Below are positions 14,680 to 30,736 of a stretch of 64,000 bases of DNA, piece after piece (the stretch's first letter is position 1; every line of letters starts with the position of its first letter). The DNA lies in NCBI RefSeq assembly GCF_009914755.1, contig NC_060927.1; one strand, 5' to 3'. This stretch comes from the human T2T-CHM13v2.0 reference genome, Homo sapiens. The position numbers and the translations under genes are program-made. The notes below the pieces were generated by a model, which saw only the letters and a list, made by a program, of their open reading frames with translations, was not told the origin of the DNA and did no database searches.

Positions 14680-16430
14680 AAAATCACAAGCCTTATGGTG
14701 ATTGCAAATGAAAAAGCATACAACAGATATACAAAATATAAAAAGCAAGAAATCAAATAACACCAGAGAAAAGGGAAATAAGAAGAAATGAAAGAGGAAT
14801 GAGAAGACCATTAAACAACTAGAAAACAAATAACAAATGGTGGGAGTAAGTCCTTACTCATCAGTAATGAAATTGAATATAAATGGATTAAACACTCCAA
14901 TCAAAAGACGCAGTGAAAAGACAAACCACAGAATGGGAGAAAATATTTGCAAAATAATCATTTGACAAGGGATTAATGACCAGAATATATAAGGAGCTCA
15001 AACAACTCTATAGGAAAAACTTCTAATAATCTGATTTAAAAATGGGCAAAATATTTGAATAGGCATTTCTCAAAAGAAGACATACAAATGGCAATCAGGC
15101 ATATGAAGAGGTGCTCAACATCATCGATCATCAGAGAAATGCAAATCACAACTACAATGAGACATCATCTCGCCCTAGTTAAAATGGCTTTTATCCAAAA
15201 GACAGCCAGTAACAAATGCTGTTGAAGCTGTGGAGAAAAGGTAATGCTCTTTCGCTGTTGGTAAGAATGTAAATTCATACAACCACTATGAAGAGCAGTT
15301 TGAAGTTTCCCCAAAAAATAAAAATAGAGCTACTATATGATTCAGCAGTCCTGCTGCTGAATATGCATCCAAAAGAAAGATATATCAAAAAGATATCTGC
15401 CCTCCCATGTTTATTGCAGCACTGTTCACAATAGCCAAGTTTGGAAGCACCTTTAGTGTCCATCAACAGATGATTAGATAAAGTAAATATGGTACATATA
15501 TACAACGGAGTCCTATGCAGCTATAAAAAAGAATAAAATCCTGTCATTTGCAACGACATGTAGGAAACTGGAAGTCATTAAATGTTAAATGAATTAAGTA
15601 AGACACAGAGAAAAACTTCATATGTTCTCACTTATTGTGGCTGCTAAAAATTTTGAAAAAGCAAAACATTGAACTCATGAATATAGACGGGAGAAGGATG
15701 GTTACCAGAAGCTAGGAAGGGTTGTGTGGGGGTGAGGGGAAAGCAAGTGTTATGGTTGGGCTTTGTGATCCCACCCAAATCTCATCAGGGATTGCAATCC
15801 CCACCTGTCAAGGGAGCGACCTGGTGGGAGGTGATTCCATCATGGGGGCGGTTTCCCCTACGCTATTCTTGTAATAGTGAGTTAGTTCTCATGAGAGCTG
15901 ATGGTTTTAAAGTATGGCAGTTCTCCCATCACTATCTCTGTCTCCTAAAGTCATGTAAGATGCACCTTGCTTCTCCTTCACATTCTGCCATGATTGTATG
16001 TTTCCTGAGGACTCTCCAGCCATGCAGAACTGTGAGTCAATTCAACCTCTTTAAATTGCCCAGTCTTTAAATAAACATCTTTAAATTACCCAGTCTCAGG
16101 TAGTATCTTTATGAAAGAGTGAAAATAGACTAATACAGCAGGGATGGTTAATGGGTGCTATATATATAGTTAGAAAGAATGAATAATATATACTATTTGA
16201 TAGCACAACAGGATGATAGTCAATAATAGTTTAATTGTATACTTAAAAAAAACCCTAAAAGTGTAATTGGATTGTTTGTAACACAAAGGATAAATCTTGA
16301 GGGGAAAAATCCTTCTGTTTTCTATGAGGTGATTACTGTGTATTGCATGCTTGGTATCTCACTTGCCCAATATATATACCCACCTACTATGTGCACATGA
16401 CACTTAAAAAAAATCTAAACCCTAAAAAGA
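14680..16430 (+). mobile_element. L1MA2/3-like element, internally deleted and interrupted by a MaLR LTR
   Basis: ORF2 start (aaatggattaaacactccaatcaaaagac), ORF2 end and L1MA-type 3' UTR. Confidence 0.85.
15748..16137 (+). mobile_element. THE1/MST (ERVL-MaLR) solo LTR
   Basis: tgttatgg...cccacccaaatctcatc...gactaataca; 5-bp TSD gcaag/gcagg. Confidence 0.9.
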
Positions 16431-16481
16431 AAATCTCCAAGTGATTATAATATGTAGTCAAAAGCCAGGGATCTACAACTG

Positions 16482-16865
16482 CAGTGTCTAATATGGTAGC
16501 CACTAATTATCTATTATTTCATATTTAATTATTGTATACTACTACTTAAAATTAAATAACTTTAAAATTCCATTCCTGAGTCACACTAGACACATTGTTC
16601 CATGGCCATATATGGCTGGTAAGTACCACATTGGCACCCAGAATTATAGATGATTTCTATATATTTATTTATTTTTTCAGACAGGTTCTTGTTTTGTTGC
16701 CCAGGCTGGAATGCAGTGGTAGGAGCACAGCTCACTGCAGCCTCAACCTCCTGGGCCCAAGTGATCCTCCCATCTCAGCCTGCCAAAGTGTTGAGATTAC
16801 AAGTATAAGCTGCTGTGCCTGGCCAGAAGATTTCAATCACTGCAAAACTTGTATTGGAAAGTGCT
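16482..16865. mobile_element. MER3/MER33-like hAT-Charlie element interrupted by an Alu monomer
   Basis: tctaatatggtagccacta...gtcacactag...tggccatatatggct...atcactgcaaaacttgtattgga. Confidence 0.7.
16660..16824 (-). mobile_element. Alu monomer (FLAM_C/AluJ-like)
   Basis: cccaggctgg...ctcctgggcccaagtgatcctccc...tgcctggcc; TSD agatgatttc/agaagatttc. Confidence 0.8.
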
Positions 16866-16981
16866 AATAAAGAATTGATTTTCAGTGAATGGTCTGTATT
16901 CCATCATCATTGGCCTTACATAAAAGTTTGTTAAAAATGCAGATAATTACTATGATCATTAATATTTGAGAAGTTCATTAA

Positions 16982-17322
<341 letters not shown>

Positions 17323-17397
17323 TGACAATGAATTCAAATAACAGATTTCGCCAAATGTTTGATGCTTTATGTCTTAATGATATCAAATTATATGTTA

Positions 17398-17700
17398 TTA
17401 ATTCATTTATAAATATTAATCCAATATTATTTATTGAGCACCTACAATTGGCCAGGCACTATGCTGGGCACATAGAAACAAAATAAAAATGGTCTAGGAT
17501 TTATTTTGGAATAGTATAGAAATTAGAATAATAACAATAAAGATATTTAGATAAATTAGATAGAAAGAAACACATTTTTTCTAAATGCTATGAAGGAAGA
17601 AGTTACAGAGAACAATTGGGAAGTAAAGAGATACAAGAGAAGATTGTCGGGACTGTTAAAATGATAACATTAAATGTAAGAACCAAAGAATAAAAGAGTC
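17398..17700 (-). mobile_element. L2 3' fragment
   Basis: attcatt...atttattgagcacctac...ccaggcactatgctgggcac motif. Confidence 0.7.
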
Positions 17701-17727
17701 AGAGAGGATAATTCAGAACATTGCTTA

Positions 17728-17877
<150 letters not shown>

Positions 17878-18800
17878 TCAATGAAAAAATATTAATATAT
17901 TATACAGTGCCCTACAATGAAACGTGTAACTCATAATTATGTATTCCTTGACAAAGAAATTAATCAGTGTTTTATAAAACCTATGTATATTTTAACCATT
18001 TGTATACTTTGTATGAGTTAATTATCAACTTAAAATGGCCTGAAATTGTAACTGAATTACATGAATTAATAAAAACCTGAAAAATAAGTACACTCCTCAA
18101 TGTCTACTCTTTCTAGTGCATTTAGATGGAAAACACTGATTAGAGTTTTATTAAAAATTCACTTGGTATCATAAAGCCCAGAGTTTAAGGGCTAGGCAAA
18201 TGTTATAACACTGCCTTTTGATCCACATTTTCTCAGTTTAAGATTTTTTTCCAGAGTTTTGCCATCACTTAATATGCTAATAGTTTGTGACGTTTTCTGC
18301 CTGCATAAGAGAATGATGATGAATATGAAACATCACATTCATCTTCATTTCCTTCTATGTCAAAGGTAAACAGATAAGTGTTAGCATTCTTTCCCTTATC
18401 CTTAGTAAAGAAACACTTCTAAAAACTTCCTTTCAAAATAATTTTATTTTTTATCTTAAAGAGTATTTAACATTTTTTGAATCTGGGAAAATTATTAAGC
18501 AAACCAAAATAACAACTTCAAACAAATTTAGAATTGTGTTCATGTAGATAAAATATATTCCTTGATTTTTTTCTCAAAATAGTGTTAAATAATATTGGTA
18601 ATGGGTCAAGGTGTGGTCCAGTGTGTGGGTGGGTAGTGAAAATTGGGTGTGTGAATCCTATTCCCTACCTTCTATATATATCAAACTGATTTTTTATATA
18701 TACATATATATTCTATATATATATTCTATGTATAGCTAACTGATATATATCAGTTTATATTATATACCTATTAATATATAATAATAACATGATAATATCA

Positions 18801-19016
<216 letters not shown>

Positions 19017-20179
19017 TTATATATACTCACTATTCTAAACAAACAAAATTGTAAAACATCTCAATGATATTAGTTTATCTCATTGATTGCTTTTTTCAGT
19101 TTCCTTTTGAAAAATAAAATGTTTTGTTTTCTCTGTATTATGCATTATACCCATAAAAATAGTTTATTTTCATATCTTTAAGACATAGCATTATAATAAT
19201 ATGTGCCCTATCATCTCCTTCCCCTCCACTCCTGCCCTGAGCCTGATATCAATTGCTTTTATTGCTAAAACTACAAGATATATTAATAGTTTACAAATGC
19301 AGATAATTTCAAGAAGTATCTCTATTGAGTACATATCTCAGAATCTCAGTAGTCATATTTAAAAGAATCATGATCTAAATAAATAAGTCAGCCACCATTT
19401 AAAATGGATTGCCTCCACCTGAAAAAGATAATTTTCTCTGGATCCAGATGACATTCTCAGGAATATACTTAAGAGAATCCCTTATGGTATACCAATTGCT
19501 ACATCTAATAAACATAGATGTTCCATGAATTTTTAAACAAAATATATGCTTTATACAATCTTATATCTACAAAGTTTCCACATAGTGACAGCTGTATAAA
19601 GCTTTTTTCAATTTAAAAAATAAGTAAATTAATGCTTTACACTGGAAAAATCAACAAAGTAAAAAATTTTTCCTCCGGAAATTGAAATATATTACATAAA
19701 ATTTTCTGTATTAAGCATTTACTTGTAGCAAAGTAAATTATTTTTATGCTATCTAAAAAAATATATTATTAAAAATCTTACTACTAACATTTTAAGATTA
19801 CATCAAAAAAGAAACTTTAAAAGACAATGTTACCAAATTTAAGAAATTTTTATCTCTCATACAAAGGACTAATGGTTATTTAAGCCTGACACTTATTCCT
19901 ATATTAAATAAAAGTGAAATAAATATTTACAAGGATTTATTAATATATAGAATATTTTGCTTTTTGAATTTTGCAAATTGAAAAAGTCCAGGAAATAGCA
20001 TCCATACACATAAATTTAGTTTTTAACACTTTACTTTAGCAGTTGTTTGTGTAAGAAAGTTCTGTGGGGGAAAAAAGTGGACTAGTTTTCAAATAAAATA
20101 TTTTGTTGACATTATTTGAGCCAAGTACTAATTTTGCATAATCACTGCACAATAAATAACTTAAAACATAGATTGTTCA

Positions 20180-20323
<144 letters not shown>

Positions 20324-21075
20324 TTAGGCTCACATGTGGAAAGTCTTAAGAGAGATTATATACATATAAATCTGAATGTATTTGACAGATCCACAAGTCA
20401 TGTATGACTGATAATGAAGGAAATTGACATCAATCTTAATTACATAAATGTGTGTGGTTTCTTCCTCAACACTTCAATAGAGTAAAGAGGGACATCGGTG
20501 GAGATAATAGAGCCATTTTGGAATCCTATGTGAATTATAAAGGAACAGTTCACAACCCACAAAAGCATTATTTTTAGTGCTTCCTAGAGTAATGGGGAAG
20601 CTTTTTTTCTCTGTTACTGCAGAGCCCATACTTCAGGTTTACCTTTGTGGAGCACAATGAAACAGCAAAGGGCCATAGTATAAAGCCTGTTTTTATATAG
20701 CTTTCTCATTTCCCAGAACCATCTCACCACCCTCATCAACTGCTTCTTTTTTTGTCTCTCACATCTAGCCCTTCTCATCCCAACAGAGAAGAGGTGTTTT
20801 ATTCCAATCTCTACTAAGAATATTCCCTACTTGCCAGTCGAAACATAAAAGTTCCAGTGTCAGAGTAACCGTGTTTTAGCAAAAGATTGACCTGCAGCTA
20901 AGTTAATTGGGTATGTCTCAAAAAAATGACATGACAACCTGGATGCTTTTTTGGCACATGTTAAGATTCTGTTGTAACGGCCTTAACAGTCTTCTTTATG
21001 AACAAGATATCGGAGGACATACAGAAAATGCAGAGAGTAGGAAATATAGAGATTTACAAAATACATATGATGGAT

Positions 21076-21373
<298 letters not shown>

Positions 21374-21959
21374 TATGATGAATATCTTCAAGAGTAGAAA
21401 GGGACTTAATTTTATCATCTTACCTATTAATTACATTTTACTCATAAGGATAGAAGGCTTGGTGGGATTATATTGAATATTTTCTATGCAAGGATCTCCC
21501 GTATGATAATTAATAACAAATGGTAGTGCCAGATCTTTTTCATTAATTTTCACTTTTCTGCTCTTTACATAATTCATTTTTTAGTTTAACTTATTCTATT
21601 AGCTGGCTGCTTCTATCACTTAAATAAAATCATTGATTATATCCAGAAAATCAATCAGGTACATGTAATCCAACACTGTTGATACCTTTTGTGGAAGAGA
21701 ATCCCAGGGAATTCTGCATAAGCCATTCTACGTAAATTGACACTGTCCTCCAACACCTATATAAAAATCCATGCCTGTCTCTCTAGTGGTTCTCAAGAAT
21801 AGTGGGTGGAACTCAAGTTGAAATAACACTTTTTTCCTCAATGACATAGTTCAGTAGGTTCAATTATCTGACTCTGTTTTAGAAGTAGTTTTGGTAAGTT
21901 TTAAGCTCCCAAATTTTTCACAGTTACCTAAACTTGTATAATTTAATGATTGTAAATTC

Positions 21960-23000
21960 ATCTGGCTAAAAGAAGGATCACCAACTCTTAGTTTTGTTGA
22001 TATTTTCTATTTATTTTGTGTTTTTCTTTTAATTTTTACTCCTCTAATCTTTATTTTCTTCCCTCTACTAACTTTAAGTTTATTCTTTTTCTAATTCATT
22101 GAGAGGTAATGTTATTTATTTGAGATTTTTATTATTCTTCATGTGGGTGTTTCTTGTTATACACTTCTCTCTTAGTACTGCTTTTGCTGCATCCCAGAAG
22201 TTTTGCTAAGTTGTATTTTTATTTTTGTTTGTCTGAAGAAATTTTCTAATTCTCTTTTGATCTTTTTGTTGTTCCACTGGCTGTTCAAAAGTGGGTTGTT
22301 TAATTTCCACGTATTTTTGAATTGACTTATTTCCCCTCTTTTTCTGATTTCTAGTTTAATTTCATTGTGGCTGGGAAAGATAAATGGTATGTTTTCTATC
22401 TTCTCACAATTTTTAAGGCTTGTCTTGTGACTTAACATGTGATCACTCTTAGAAAATGTTCTATGGGCACTTGAGAAGAATGTATATATGGCTGCTTTTG
22501 GGTAGAAAGTTCTACGTATGTCTGTTAAGTCCATTTGGCCTACGGTGTTGTTAAAAACTGCTGTTTCTTTGTTGATTTGCTCTCTGGTTGTTCTATTTAT
22601 TATTGTTATTATTTATTTATTATTGTTCTATTTATGTATTATCATTTATTATTTATTTATTCATTATTGTTATTATTTATTTATTATTTATTATTATTAT
22701 TTATTTATTATTGTTCTATTTATTATTGAAAGTGTGGCAACAAAGTCTTCAAACAGCATTGCTGTTTCTCATTTCAGTTCTGTTAATGTTTACTTTAAAT
22801 ATTTAAGTGCTTTCATGTTGGGAGCAAATATTTATAATCATCGTATCTTCCTAATGAATTGGCCCTTTTGTCATTATATAATGACTTCTTTTGTCTTTTG
22901 TGACAGTGATTGTCTTAAAATGTATTTTCTCTGATAGAACTATAGCCACTCCTGTTCCCTTCTGTTTATCATTTGCATTTAATATCTTATTCATTCCTTT
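21960..23000 (-). mobile_element. L1 ORF2 endonuclease-region fragment (L1M)
   Basis: ORF 22172..22534 MDLTDIRRTFYP...FFSSAHRTFSKSDH is L1 EN sequence. Confidence 0.88.
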
Positions 23001-23004
23001 TGCT

Positions 23005-23325
23005 TTCATGAGTGAATGTTTAGGATGTTATACTGAGTGAAATAAACCAGTAACAGAAAGACAAATGTTGTATGATTCAACTTACATGAAGTATCTAAAA
23101 CAGTTAAACTCATAAAAGCATAGGGTAGAATGGTAGTTGCCCAGGACTGTAAGTGGGAGAAAATAAGGGCTTGCTAAGAAATAGACACAAAATCTCAATT
23201 ACGCAAGGTAAATAAATTCTAGAGATCTGCAGCACAACATTGCCCCTATAGTTTACGATGATTTATTATATGAATAAACATTTATTAAGAGGGTAGATCT
23301 AATGTTAAATGTTATTACTGTAATA
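23005..23325 (+). mobile_element. L1MA9/L1MB-like 3' end
   Basis: gaaataaaccag...cagaaagacaaat...gtatgattc...ttctagagatctgc...gagggtagatct. Confidence 0.78.
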
Positions 23326-23326
23326 A

Positions 23327-23724
<398 letters not shown>

Positions 23725-23823
23725 TTATTTAGGAAAATTAGGTAAATTTTATCTAAATATGGTCTGATATCGATAATTTAAAATGGCCATCTATTTTTAA
23801 AGAAAAGCATTCAAATTTAGTTA

Positions 23824-23955
<132 letters not shown>

Positions 23956-24756
23956 CTACAAGAGACAAGACATGGAAAAGCTGATCAAAACATAGTCAGC
24001 ATGATATGATTGCTATGTAGATGAAGTGTAATGGAGTATTAGAGGCTTATTATTAACTCAAAGTCTTCAGATCTGCAATCCCTTCAAATCTCATTATTAT
24101 TGACACACATACCATTTGCAAACTATTCCCATTTTCCATGTTAGTCTCCTCTTTAATATGGCAAATACAAAATAGCATTGCCAACCTTTATGGTAGTTAG
24201 TAATTTTGAAAATAATACATATAACCAAAAGGTTCTGGTCAAAAACTAATATGAAAAATATAAGTTAAATTTAATTTAATATAGTATATTAGAATTATTT
24301 GTAGAATTACTCCAGGGTTAAAAACTAAAAACAATAAATCTTTTTGTTTGAAAGGAAGCAAAGATCCGATTGAATAATGTCATGCTGAATCAAACATCCC
24401 AGTGATTTTCAGAATTAGTACTAAATCCTCCTCTCCCTTCATCCCACCACTATTCCCAGCCTGACCTCATTGCCTACCAACATTTTTTTCCTTCTACTCT
24501 GACCAGAAACACACAAAACAGAGCTGAAATTCAATTTGCTGAAAGCTCTGGAAATTTGGATCTATATTGTAGAAGTTTGAAAGTCCTATATAAAAATATA
24601 AATAATCCACCAAAAAGGAATTATTTACAAGGGATTAGCTGATGGTAGAGAATAGTGCTCTAAAGGAAGGGGAGAAATGGTAGAAATCTGACAAAATGTG
24701 TAGAAATACAGAATGAGGAGAAAGTAGGAAGTTAAAAAAAAACCTCTGGATTAATA

Positions 24757-24938
24757 TGCCTCTCAAGTAGCTGGGGCTACAGGCATGCACCACCATGCCT
24801 AGCTAATTTTTAAATTTTTTGTAGATACAAAATCTCCCTATGTTGCCCAGGTTGATCTCGAACTCCTGGGCTCAAGCAATCCTCCTACCTCAGCCACTCA
24901 AACTGCAAGCATTACATGCATGTGCCACTGTGCCCAGC
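24757..24938 (-). mobile_element. Partial AluJ
   Basis: ttttttgtaga...ctcctgggctcaagcaatcctcc. Confidence 0.85.
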
Positions 24939-25149
24939 CCTGTCTATATTCTTCACTCAGCTTTCTCTAATGTTAACATGTTATATAACAATAGTGAACT
25001 TATCAAAACCAGGAAATTAATGTTGATACAGTACAATCAACATTTATTGAACATGTTTGCATTTTGCAGATTTAATCACTAATGTCTTAATTTTGGCCCA
25101 AGATTCAAAAAGCCTCTCACATTTCATTTAATTGTGTCTCTCATCATAG

Positions 25150-25461
<312 letters not shown>

Positions 25462-26008
25462 CTCATCATAGATTTTTTTGATGGTGTTATCATTGTTGTT
25501 CATTCTAGTTTTTACTATGAGATTTTTTTCTTGATTGCTTTATATAAAAGCCAAATCAAAATATTTTTGTAATATATTAATATATCAGGTCTGAATATAC
25601 TTGTTTATATAAAATACAGTGAATTATACTTCATGATCTAAGTTTTAAATATAAGTATAGCTGTCAAAACATGTTGTTGCTACTATTAACATATGTTTTC
25701 AAGAGAAGTGAACATTTAAATAACTTGCAGTACAGAATAATGAGTAGCCATCTTACTAATGGTAGTCTTATAATAAATTACAAGTGGTACCAATAAATAT
25801 AATAAAATATGTCTTAAAGATGAAACAAATCATATTTGGACATGTGACTTATATGAATTCTTTCTTTGTGTCTAATTTGGATTGAACCAAAGACTATACA
25901 TTATTTTATTAGTTATTAAATCATTACATTTCTGTATAGCTCTCCTGAACGGTTTTAACTTTTACTAATTAAATGGAAACTTTCATTGAAATATAATTTT
26001 TGTATTTA

Positions 26009-26146
<138 letters not shown>

Positions 26147-26807
26147 CTAAAATTAAAATGAAATATAAACAAGGTACACATGAAAAAAGCGTAACTACTT
26201 GGACAGTGATTATGAAGCATAAGTTTTCATTACTACATTATCATAATAATGTGCTCTCACATTAAATGACAAATGATACAAACATCAGTGTTCTAGCTAG
26301 ATTTCCCTCCAAATTTCTTAGAAGGAAATTCTAAGGACTCTTGGAAATGCATCAGCTATCATTTCAAGAAAGATTAGTAGAGGTTTTTATTTTGTTTTTA
26401 TTTCTATGGTGAGATATCTGGCTAACTAGCTTACTTCCTATAAGATAGTGATAAAAAATTATCTTCACTGAATCACCAATCTGAAGGCAAGTTTTTAAAT
26501 ATGAAAAACATCAGAAGCAATCCCAGAGAATGAACTAATAATTGTATAAAAATAGAAAATCTACCATTACATTTTGATAACTCCCATAAATAGAGGCCAA
26601 TTTGTAGCTTGGATGATAACTAGAAAACAGCTTCCCTTTAACTCAGCTTTGGTTTTAAATCTCTAGGGATATACCTAAATACAAAGGTAGCTGATCACAA
26701 CCCATGCAAATAAAATGAAGTGCTAAAGGAAGAGAGTTTTAGATTTGGGAGTGTTACTCAAAGTTATATACTTTCTATTTTGAAACATCTTCCCCCCCAC
26801 CTGCTCA

Positions 26808-27113
<306 letters not shown>

Positions 27114-28433
27114 CTAAAAAGAATTAAATGGTTTAGTGTTCAAGGAATAAAAGTAGCATGTAAAGATGTAAAGTATTCTAAGAACAACTTTCTATAAATG
27201 TTCTGTTTTGTCAACAGTTCATTTAGTCATTTTGATTTAGAGGTAAAAACTGTTCTAAATTGGTATATATTATGTAATCCTCAAAGGAAACAGAAAGACA
27301 CTGAGCAATAGGATTTATGATACTATGAAATTAGGTTAAATGACAAATAGGACTTTTGTACAGTATATACAGAAAGAGATGTTGCTGTTTCCGGGAACTA
27401 TACAGCAAATATCGGGTAATTTCAAATAATTCTAATATTGGCAAAAGGAGTATTAACAATTACATCAATTACTATAATCTTGTTCTTGTAATATCCATCA
27501 AAGTCACTTTTAGGATAACAGCCCTGCTTATCTAAGCAAGAATTGTTTTAAGATAGGTAATTGCAAGTATGTTTAAACCAACAAATATTTGAATTGTATC
27601 ATGGAATATTCAATTGAAGCCTAAATACAAAATTTGTTAATTATTTTCTGTTAGTTGACATTATCTCAATTTCTTCTTCTATGTGTTATAGAAAGTATGG
27701 TCAATAATGTATACCTCCTTTTAAATAATAAATTTCCACGTGCATGTTTCTGTATTGTCAACATATATAATTAATTTCCCATACTAGTTATTCAGGAACT
27801 CTATATTGGACCCTACTATAAATACCAATGTCTTATAATGAGGTTTTTCTGATTTTTCTTAGAATAAACTCTTATATATCAAGCCTTCTATATTTTAATG
27901 TTTGGGTGTTAGCAGCAGCATCCCTAGGATTCCTTAATTTTGATAAAAAATGAGGAAATTCAGAGATTGATCATTTGTGGATACTTTGGAATACTTAGCT
28001 TCCTGAATATTGAGTGAATCTCTATTATATATTACAACTATTATCTATTCCAGGGCAAAAAAAAAATTAGTTCCACCTCCAACTTGTTCTCTGGTTGATG
28101 ATACAGATTTCTTATCTTATTGATGATACATATTTCTGTGAACTTTAACATGAAGAGAACATAGTGACTGCCTGTACAACCCAGAGTTTGTGAGAGGAAA
28201 TCAAGTGCACAGTGACTTGTTTAGCACAACACAGCATGATAGTATTAGGGAGGGAAAAGGAAAAGGAATGGTATTTCTTCCTCTCCTTTATCAGTCTGAC
28301 AAAGACACTGTTTATAAATCTCATATCCAATACATAAGGTGCCAGTAAAAAAAGCTAAGCATTATTACCAGCTGCTTAAATTAAAGTATACATGTTTAAT
28401 TATTTCATTCTACTTTTACGTATTCCATATTTA

Positions 28434-28610
<177 letters not shown>

Positions 28611-28670
28611 CTAAGAGAATTACTTTATGCTATAAAAATTTTTAATTTTTTTAAAAGAAATATGCAATCA

Positions 28671-28817
<147 letters not shown>

Positions 28818-28865
28818 CTATGTATACTAGTTTATGAAAAAGTCACATAAAATAAGAGACATTCA

Positions 28866-29009
<144 letters not shown>

Positions 29010-30499
29010 TTAAGTAACAATAGCATGTGAATTTAATCAATGTTATTTTAAAATTTATTATACAATCGAGACTTGATATTTAAATTCCCGTTTCCCAACC
29101 TTAAACTATGCTTCAGTTAAAATAAATGTGTCTCCCTAGAATATAATTGTTTAAATTTTTTCTGCTTTCGTGTAGTTTACAAATATGTTTCTATAATATT
29201 TGTATATTAATAGAAATTAATATACAAATATGTATATATTTGTATTAATATACAATATGTAACAACTGCAAATGCTTCCACATTAAATGACATAGAATAC
29301 TATTGCCATTAGAGTAGTTTGGTTTATTTCCAAAGGTTATGTGTTTAACTTATCTATAAATTGGTATTTTTTCCATAGTAAAATGTCCTAGAAATGATAA
29401 AAGTGATGAATACAATTAAACTGTCCAGAAAATATCTTGTTTATATATTTTATATTTATAGAACATTTAAAGTTTTATATTTATAAAATATTTAATTCAT
29501 TGTTTCATACTGTAATCATAGTCAGATTTTATTAGATTATATACTTTTGATTCTTAATATATATAAAATTACCAGTGAAATAGATTTTATAGTAATTTAT
29601 TTTTAGTAATATGCAAAATTACTAGTGGAAGTAATTTTAGATATCAAGAATCAAAAGTATATTAGTCTAATAATATCGGTACAAATGCTGAAGGGATTTT
29701 AAGAAATCAGTTTTGGTAAAACGTATTCTTTCAAGTTAGTGTTAATAGAAAACAGCCTTCAATAACCTAAGTTTGGAGTATTATGATATAAATGCAAGCT
29801 GTTTGAGCACCTAACAATAAAAAATGCTTACAATAGTTCACAGACTTATAGTATGGTACTGAGTATATCCTTTTAAGTATACATCACATGTGAAAAATAC
29901 AAATAGAATAATTTTCATTAAAATATATTTTTTATGATATGTTTGGAATATTATAGATAATATTATTTGTTGCACAGTACATTAAATATTCATAAAATGT
30001 GTTGCATTAACGAGACAAATCTTTGGAAAAAGAGTCATGAGTATATAAAAACACATTGTAAAGATGTAATTAGCACTTTGGCCACATAAAGTTACCCAAC
30101 TGCAACTGAAGGTTATAAAGGGAAAAAAGATCAAATCAGTACCTGAGAAGTAAAAACAATCAAGGAAAACTTTAGGCAGTTATTTTCTAAAAGCTGGAGT
30201 AAAGGTAAACTTGACAGGGAATACAGAATCAGCATATTCTTTGTATGCATTTGAAACAGTTAAGGTATTGAGTCAAAGCCTGGCTTCTCACAGTAGTCAA
30301 GCAAATTGTTATCCATCCACTCCTCTACTTCCACCTGTAATTTATGGTGACTTTTTGGGTTTGTTTCTCAGAAAATTGCTATAGCTGCTCTGGAGATCTC
30401 TAGCTAATGCCTTTGTCATTACTTCAATCCTAAAGCACAGGCCCATAAAGAAGTGGCTTGGATTCTACTCATGGTCTTAGTTGCCTCGTGGAGTGGTCA

Positions 30500-30736
<237 letters not shown>

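Noticed and set aside
22518-22934. Hydrophobic I/Y/L ORFs resembling membrane proteins
   Set aside because: Produced by the stop-free TTA/TTTA array inside an L1
28095-28137. Twice-repeated TGATGA (box C-like) words
   Set aside because: Simple tandem duplication with ~25-bp period, on the strand opposite to SI, with no convincing C/D snoRNA architecture
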